Source of the DNA: Bugula neritina
Taxonomy: Eukaryota; Animalia; Bryozoa
Reading direction: 5' to 3'
Assembly: GCA_964035545.1 (NCBI GenBank)
Contig: OZ037768.1
Coordinates: 992,001-1,056,000 of the forward strand
Length of the DNA: 64,000 nt
Shown: piece by piece, positions 56,301 through 64,000 of the stretch
Numbering within the stretch: the first letter of the stretch is position 1
Layout of the letters: each line of letters starts with the position of its first letter
The notes under the pieces: model-generated
What the model was told of the DNA's origin: nothing
Database searches by the model: none
Seen by the model: the letters and a program-made list of their open reading frames with translations, nothing else
Program-made: the position numbers and the translations under genes

Positions 56301-56547
56301 CTAAGTTATTAATCATCTGGTGTAACATTCTTTTCTTAAAATACAATTTTTTTAAAACAAAATTTAACTTGATATGAGATCTTTTAGCCTAACAAATTCA
56401 AGTCTTACTTCATTATAAGCACAATCAGAATATAGTCAAAAATAAAAGTCAGACTAAGTACCCTTGCTTTTTTCTCCCTTTCTTTTTTGCATGGTGAGGT
56501 GTAAATGCTGCTCCAGTTAACAAAGGCTTTACTTCTTTTACAGCCAT
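50315..56547 (-). CDS. Uncharacterised multi-pass membrane protein, 12 coding exons, ~738 aa, with C-terminal RGETP repeats
   Basis: Exons 56462-56547, 55880-56057, 55191-55508, 54725-54953, 54239-54429, 53677-53837, 52972-53198, 52577-52725, 52177-52360, 51298-51512, 51056-51171, 50315-50477 join in frame with GT-AG sites. Several 20+ aa hydrophobic segments are present. Family not recognised. Confidence 0.75.
50755..51024. repeat. 16-bp minisatellite (GACTCACTACTACAGA)n
   Basis: Inside the last intron of the membrane-protein gene. Confidence 0.94.
52418..52563. repeat. 8/16-bp repeat (ATAGTGTCATAGTATC)n
   Basis: Visible directly. Confidence 0.92.
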
Positions 56548-57621
56548 ACTAAAACCAAACCTGCAAAATTTAACTAATAGGCATGTAATAATACTAAATT
56601 ATTAAAATTAAAACAATCGTCATAAACGGGCATCAATTGAACTGCATTATGTAAATGATTTAATAAACGACCATTTATTCATATTGTACCTATTTCTATT
56701 CCAACAGTCACAGTGATAAGCTAGTAATGCCTAGCCCTATGACATGTGCGATCATGTGAATATCATTAGATAATTATTATAATTATTTCTAGATTACTAT
56801 TAGGAAAGAATGATTACACTCATGCTAATAGTAATACTAATACTAATAGTAGTACTAGTAGTAATAGTAATAGCAATAATATTACTATTACTAATTAGTA
56901 ATACTAATTGGCACTCATACTTGACAATTGAATACACCTACACCCTACAGCCAGTTCCACTACAATTAAAATTGATACTAGGACTCACGGAGTAAAAACC
57001 AGTTTCAAAGTTAAATTAAAACTGTAAACAGAATCTTGCAAAACTAAATATTCATATCGTTGTTACCTGAGGCTGTTAGACTTAATGCTACTCGCCACTC
57101 GGAGCGGGAGTCTCAGTCTGAGTTAGCGCTTAGTTATCTTTAGATCAACACACAATATTAAAAAGATTTTATATTTTTAGTAGAACATTTTGGTACTTTA
57201 ATAACTCAACGTTTAATTTGTTTTCAAATATTGTTTGTTTCTTTATCCATCAAGGATTATAAGCACTATCTGTAACGAATAGGTTGACCAGATCTCTTAT
57301 CGCGGCCATTTTGATTTTGTAAATAACTTTCTCGTGGTGCTAGGGAACATAACGTGAGCTGACCTCTACAGCTATTATTTAAACTTCGCCAGTAAAGTTT
57401 GATTAGCGATCAAAGTAGCTTAAGTTTCGCAAATCAATTGGTGTACAACTTTATTGCACCGCGCACGTAAAGTTTTACACAACAAGATTACGAATCGCTA
57501 CTAAGTTTGTTCTTACCTTGACCTTGCTACCTAGAAGCTTCTAAACTAACTTTTTTTGTTGTAATAAATGAACAAAATTTGAGCACACCACGCAATTCTA
57601 TCTTGTCTTTGAATTACTATA
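56548..57621. promoter_or_regulatory. Putative bidirectional promoter region, membrane-protein gene/DNAAF4
   Basis: Head-to-head ATGs ~1.07 kb apart; YY1-like GCGGCCATTTT at ~57302 and a degenerate X-box-like GTGCTAGGGAAC at ~57337. Confidence 0.55.
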
Positions 57622-60600
57622 ATGCCTCTGATAGTAAAAGATTACACGTGGGAAGAAACACCAACTATTACTGGAATAAGCATTCCTTTGAAAGGTGTTA
57701 AAAAAGAGAAAGTTGATATTTTTTCAACTGATGAGTTTATAAAGGTATAAAAATTTATATTATTATTAATATTATAATCAAAATAAAGTTAAAAAGACTC
57801 CAAGTTTACAAAACTGACAATGCTTATGTTCATGTTGGTGTCAAACAAAGTTAGAATAAATTTATTTTTATTGTCTGCTTTAAGAAGCAATCTGTAGTCC
57901 TGATGGTGCATATTGGAATTTAACATTATTTTTCATTTCTATCACAATGACAATGAGTTCTATTAATCTTTAAGCAACTTGGTTGCAAATCATTTTTGAA
58001 ATTACAATTTATTTTGGCTTGAATTTAAACACACAATCAAATAAAATTCAAGCTCAAAATACCTCTAGAATGCACCTCTGAGTATGCACTTTTTTGTTTT
58101 TTATTTGCTTTTTTAAATCAAAATATATGAAATTTGAATTTGGTTGATTTTAGCTCTTATGACTAAAGTATCCCATCTAAAAATTTTATTCCTTGTTTTA
58201 GAAAAATAAAACTACCTTCATATATTTGCACTTCAACGAATTAGATGATGATTATGCAAATATGTATCTTACTCGTAAATTGTTTGTCATATGTTCAGGT
58301 AAGCTTCCCTCCATATATATTTGAGGCACTTTTGTATGACTTGGTGAATGAAGACACAAGTGTTGCTAGGATTGACAATGGCTTAGTTATGTTGACATTG
58401 CACAAGCAGACAGAAGGCTTGTGGGGACAACTCTGCTCGCCAGTCATGGGTATGTTATACTTCCATTAATCCTGACCTCTCTCTAGTTTGATAGTCTGCT
58501 GCTCCTGGTTTTTATAATAAAGCATTTCTTTTCCACAAAGTATGTAGTATAAACATTCTGTTGAGTAAATTGTTTTGCTAGTAATTTAATTGCATTAGGC
58601 CAACCTCCACTCTAAACTCAAACTTATACACAAAAATGCAAAAACTTAGACTATTGCTTTGAGATTTACTCAACATTGGTATATAACATACTAGTATATT
58701 ATTGTTATACATTACTGTAATACTGATATACATCTCAACATATATGAGAATATAGTTTGCATGTGTTACTAGATTACTGGTATATGAGTATATTATGTAA
58801 TCTTGTATTGTATTGCTGCAGAAGACAAACCAGCATATAGAGCAAAAATAGAAGAGAATCTAGTCAAAGCTCAACAAAGAGAAGAGGAAGAAACTAAGAA
58901 GAGAAACGAGAAAAAGCGAGAGAATGATAAATTTGTTTTGCGAAAAGCAATGGACGTGAGAGAATAGTCCTGTTTTGTTCTTCATTAATCTCTGTTGCTT
59001 CTCTGTACTTAAACTAACAAAGGTGAAGTTGTTTCCCCTGACTGTTTCAGCTGGACCAGCAAGAGAGGGACAGAATCTCGGGGATAAAGGAAGAGGAAAA
59101 GAGGAAAGCCACTGAAGAACTTGAGAGATGGAAGGAAGAGCAGAGACAAGCGGCTTTGCAGGTAAACTTTTCAAGTTATGGGTGAATGGATTAGAAAATA
59201 TGTCTATGAATGCAGATGTAGAGCTAGGTGTTACTTCTACAGTGTCTAGTATATGTCTACAGTGTATAATATATGTCTACAGTGTATAATATTATATGTC
59301 TACAGTGTATAGTATATGTCTACAATGTATAATATATGTCTACAGTGTATAATATATGTCTACACTGTATAATACATGTCTACAATGTATAATATATGTC
59401 TACAGTGTATAGTATATGTCTACAGTGTATAATATATGTCTACAGTATATATAATATATGTCTACAGTGTATAATATACGTCTACAGTGTATAATATATG
59501 TCTACAGTGTATAATATATGTCTACAGTGTATAATATATGTCTACACTGTATAATACATGTCTACAATGTATAATATATGTCTACAGTATATATAATATA
59601 TGTCTACAGTGTATAATATATGTCTGCAGTATATAATATATGTCTACAATGTATAATATATGTCTACAGTGTATAATATACGTCTACAGTATATAATATA
59701 CTTCCCTGTGTTTAGGAAAAAGCCAAGTTAGCTGAAGAAGCTCGGAGAGAGAGGGAGGAAAGAGAGTCTGAAATAAGGCGGCAAAAACTTATAGAAAAAG
59801 CCAACAGAAAAAGTTGGTTTTATTTCATAACAATATAACTTATCTCGAATACAGTGTTACTGAGCCAGACTTATAGTCTGGTTGCAGTCTGTGTATAGTG
59901 TAGGACAGCCATACCAGTCTATGATCATGTGATGGTGTTTCAGATGACGTGTTTGATAAAGTCTACGATGAGGACTCGGTGAGAGCTAGCGGAAAGATAG
60001 AGGTGAAGTTCACACCCAGAGTGTTTCCTACGGCAATGAGGGAGTCTACGAAACATCTGGAAGAGGAAGTGAGCTTCTGGCGTGACAATACTTGATAATA
60101 TATATAGTCATATATTTATATATCTATATATATTCTATAGAGTGTGTTTATATATGTATATGTTATATATAGTATATATAATATATAGCATATTTATATA
60201 CTATATATTATATAGTATATTTATATATGTATAATATACACAGTGTATTTATATATGTATATATTATATATAGCATAATAGCAACAAGGAATTGCCTTGC
60301 CCTGAGACTAATATGTAAAAAGCTAACAGAAGTAGCTAGACATGCTGCTTTACCAGTAGTTACTAAATTTATGTTTTGCCATCTGCATATCTCAGTTAAA
60401 AGTAAAGGTAAACCATCAGTAACATAGTTATATGTTATATACCATAGTGTGATGATGGCATAATATGTACTCTAACAATACTATATTACTGTCAACATGA
60501 AATTAATATGATATATAGACTATGATATAATATGAAATATATAATACATAGTATATAGTATAGTGAGAAGTGAATAATATGTTATAGGGTATGATAATAT

Positions 60601-62572
60601 AATACTTAGTATGATAATAATATCGGTACGTGGTGTTGAACTATGCACATATTTCCCCGAATTGACTACAAAAATATAATTCTGAAGTATATCAACACAA
60701 TTCATGGTCATGATTGTTGCTCTGGTGCAAGCACTAATGTATGGTGAAGTTGTATTAGAGAAATGAGCTGTGTTTTGCTGTGTGCGGTATCTCCTCCTGG
60801 GCTACAGAGTTTGTTTTGTATCTCCAGTGGCTAAAGAAGCAGGCTGAGGCTCGTAGGACTGCAGATATTGAAGATTCTGATTTGACAGAAGAGGAGAAGA
60901 ACCCAATGATTATGAAAGAGAAGGCAGAGTGAGATATATTACTCGCGTATTGATTATATTATATATTATACTATATTAGTATATGTATATATTACTTGCG
61001 TATTGGTTATATTATGTATTATACTGTATTAGTATATGTATATATTACTTGCGTATTGGTTATATTATATATTATACTATATTACTATATGTATATATTA
61101 CTTGCGTATTGGTTATATTATGTATTATACTATATTACTATATGTATATATTACTTGCGTATTGGTTATATTATGTATTATACTATATTAGTATATGTAT
61201 ATATTACTTGCGTATTGGTTATATTATATATTGTACTATATTATACTATATTAGTATATGTATATATTACTCACACAATGATTTTGTTATATATTATACT
61301 ATATTATTATATGATTATTTTGTTTACATCCTCTCTATGGTCTCAATTTCTATGAGAACTGTCTCTAACACTGCCTAGCTTCCTGAATGAGAGCTGACAA
61401 CTCCAAACATTGTGCTACAAGAATTATTTAATAGTCCTACATATAGTGTAGTTAAAGGTGAAATACATGGACACAAGATCGAAATTTTGCAAAACCAGAA
61501 TAAGTGGCAGTAAATAACGAAATACAAAAATTTTAATATAGAATAGTATAGAATCATATTGTATTGGTTTTATCATTCAAAACTAATTTTTCATTCTATA
61601 ATATTTTAGTAAGTTCTTCACGGCAGGAAACTATCAGGCCGCAGTGAATGTCTACACTCATGCTATAAGACTGTCTCAGGGGAAAATGCCCTCGTATCCT
61701 TATCTTAACCACAAAGCAATATTTCACATGCAGTAACTACTGTTTACCCTCACATGTGACCAACTTTCTCTAACCCTCATGTTCTGTCTTCAATCTATTG
61801 ATAGGATTTCCTGTTGGTTTGTACGTCTGCAATTCACTCTTCTGTAATATTAAATAAACTTCAGCTTTGAGAGTTGACATGTTGCTATGTTGTCCTGTTG
61901 ACATGTTGAGGTGTTGATATGTTGACATGTTGAGGTGTTGATATGTTAACGTGTTGATGTGTTGATTCCTTAGCTGTTTCCCCTCTCAGATTATATTCAA
62001 ACAGAGCCGCCTGCCACCTCAAGTTACGTAACCTCATCAAATCAGTGGAAGATTCCTCGAAGGTAACACAACTTCCAATACAACTTAAAGCTTTGAATTA
62101 ATGTTAATATCTGTCAAATATTCGTTATTGCATTGAAATGAAGCAATTTAAGGAATTCTAAATATATTTCACTTTGATTAGGCTTTGGAGTTGCTGACTC
62201 CTGCAGTACCACAGAATGCGCAGAGTAGGTGTAAAGCTCATGTTAGAAGAGGCACTGCATTTTGTGAGTTAGAGCTCTATGTAGAAGGTAAGAGATCTGT
62301 TATAATAAAAGGGTATAGTAATACGTAGTATATATAACATTATGAAGCATCATTCATATGTGTGAATTATTTGCCCTATTGCATTAGTGTTCTACTATTT
62401 CATATTTTAGCGATTCAACAAATGTTGTCGAGATTTACTCTCTGATTACTAATTTGTATTGACAGGACTACAGGACTATCACGCTGCTCTCAAAATTACT
62501 CCTGATAATGAACAGTTGCAGACGGACGCTGAAAGAATCAGGCAAATTATACAGAGCAGTGGGGAAGGTTAA
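57622..62572 (+). CDS. DNAAF4: Dynein axonemal assembly factor 4 (DYX1C1): CS/p23 domain, coiled coil and TPR, 11 exons, ~403 aa
   Basis: Exons 57622-57744, 58299-58449, 58822-58955, 59051-59161, 59716-59812, 59944-60068, 60828-60928, 61610-61693, 61990-62062, 62182-62287, 62466-62572. Motifs: [68 protein letters not shown]. Confidence 0.96.
59236..59700. repeat. 20-bp minisatellite (TCTACAGTGTATAATATATG)n
   Basis: Fills DNAAF4 intron 4. Confidence 0.95.
60934..61312. repeat. ~54-bp AT-rich minisatellite with core TATATTACTTGCGTATTGGTTATATTAT
   Basis: Starts a few nt inside DNAAF4 intron 7. Confidence 0.9.
61694..61989 (+). other. U12-type (minor spliceosome) GT-AG intron in DNAAF4
   Basis: Donor GTATCCTTA at 61694; branch-site-like TTCCTTAGC at 61966-61974, with the A 17 nt before the 3' end; removing the intron restores [11 protein letters not shown] in frame. 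Confidence 0.88.
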
Positions 62573-63882
62573 CACAACAGCCTTCATTTTATGTCTACAC
62601 ATATAGAACTACAGCTAGCTGTAGCCTTTTTCTAGCCTGAGAGTATTATTTGCACTCTACTATGTGAATACATGATGGACTCCATGTTGTAACAGTACTG
62701 TATTCAGTATATTATATATGCAGTGAGTATCAACAGGGTGTCCACTAAACCAATATAAATTTATTTGTTCCCGTCTCAAATGAGGGTCCCTATCTAAAGT
62801 CAGTTGTTAATTTTAGTATTGAACACAAGTAATAGTTTATATATTGTAACAATACAGCTGGACCTTCTGTAAAAATTTACTCAATTTATCAATAATTGAA
62901 TGATAGTGGTCAAATTAACTTTTAGTAGTTTCAGCTTTCGATAAATAATACATTTTTTTATGAAATGTGAAAAGTTTGCAATTACTCTGTAACAAGATAT
63001 TTATAGGCATAAGTATATGTATTTTATGTTTTTGATTTATTTAAGTATACAAGTGTAGTTGCATCTGTTAAAAAATGATTTTTTTTTTCTAAATCATAAA
63101 TATTCAACAGTAAATAAAAAATAATGGCTGCATCATAATGTCATTTATTAAATCTATGATCATACTAAGAAAGTATAATATAACACTTTTTGATAAACTG
63201 ATAGTGTGTAGGTAATAGTAACTAATAATATGCTATTCTGTGATAAATTATGGTTTATAATTATATATTTAATAATATATACATTTAAATCTTGAAGATA
63301 ATACTAAGCAATAACACAAGCAGCAAAAATGGCCATATGCAAAAACAATGTGGCTAATATCTAAATGCATAAAACAGAAAAATGAGCCTCAAATATAACT
63401 GACTTAACCATAATATAATTTTTTTTTACCAATAAAATGATATTGTTCAAGGTTAAAAAGTACATACAAATTGGCTTAGATGCTGTATAATTAAGAGTTG
63501 TGCTCTAATAACAGAAACTTTGTCCTCAAAATGATAGCCTATGTTTTACAAAAAAACTGCTTAACCAATTATTGGTAAGGACTTCTTCTACCACGCCCGT
63601 TTAATGTAAGGCGTCCTTGACTCAATATCACGCTATGCCTATAGTACAAAACTGTATCTCATTTGTGCATGGCTTTTTCATTGCAAACGGTTTACGAAGA
63701 AAAGTACGCACAGTTGACAAGAAGAGTACGCACTGTCACAGTGGACTTACTACTGCACGTCGTCTACTACAGTTAGCAGAACTTGCAATCTCGAACGAAC
63801 GTTCGTAACTAATTTGCTTATGGGATAGGTTAAAGTTACTCATAATTTTGTCCAGCGTGAGTACAATCTGAATCTCAATCTG

Positions 63883-64000
63883 TAATACTAAGTCTAATAC
63901 TAATATTTACTAATACTAATACTAATAGTAATAGTAATACTAATACTAATACTAATACTAATAGTAATACTAATAGTAATAGTTATAGTAATAGTAGTAA
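63883..64000. repeat. (TAATAC/TAGTAA)n hexamer low-complexity tract
   Basis: Visible directly at the window end. Confidence 0.85.

Overview
AT-rich, intron-rich eukaryotic DNA from a metazoan, probably an invertebrate (a spiralian origin is my inference only). Reading splice sites and phases by hand gives eight complete spliced genes. In order: alpha-arrestin (+, 147-8005), SMC2 (-, 8435-20563), DPH2 (+, 21854-24737), FYB/ADAP-like hSH3 adaptor (-, 25839-31258), RIMOC1/C5orf51 (+, 37820-40325), Rab3 (+, 43149-49519), an uncharacterised multi-pass membrane protein (-, 50315-56547) and DNAAF4/DYX1C1 (+, 57622-62572). Most ORFs in the supplied track are artefacts of intronic tandem repeats. Four things stand out. 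(1) Rab3 has two paralogous 125-nt, same-phase copies of the exon encoding the alpha3-loop7-G4 region, which points to mutually exclusive splicing; it also has a candidate 78-aa N-terminal extension and a CC terminus. (2) Many introns carry their own private minisatellite, and several repeat units are copies of that intron's own exon-intron junction, giving arrays of decoy donors or acceptors. (3) A 1.3-kb foldback element with ~510-bp inverted arms and a 9-bp target-site duplication sits inside an SMC2 intronic minisatellite. (4) DNAAF4 contains a U12-type intron. No rRNA, tRNA or CRISPR array was found. Gene identities rest on recalled family motifs, not on database searches.
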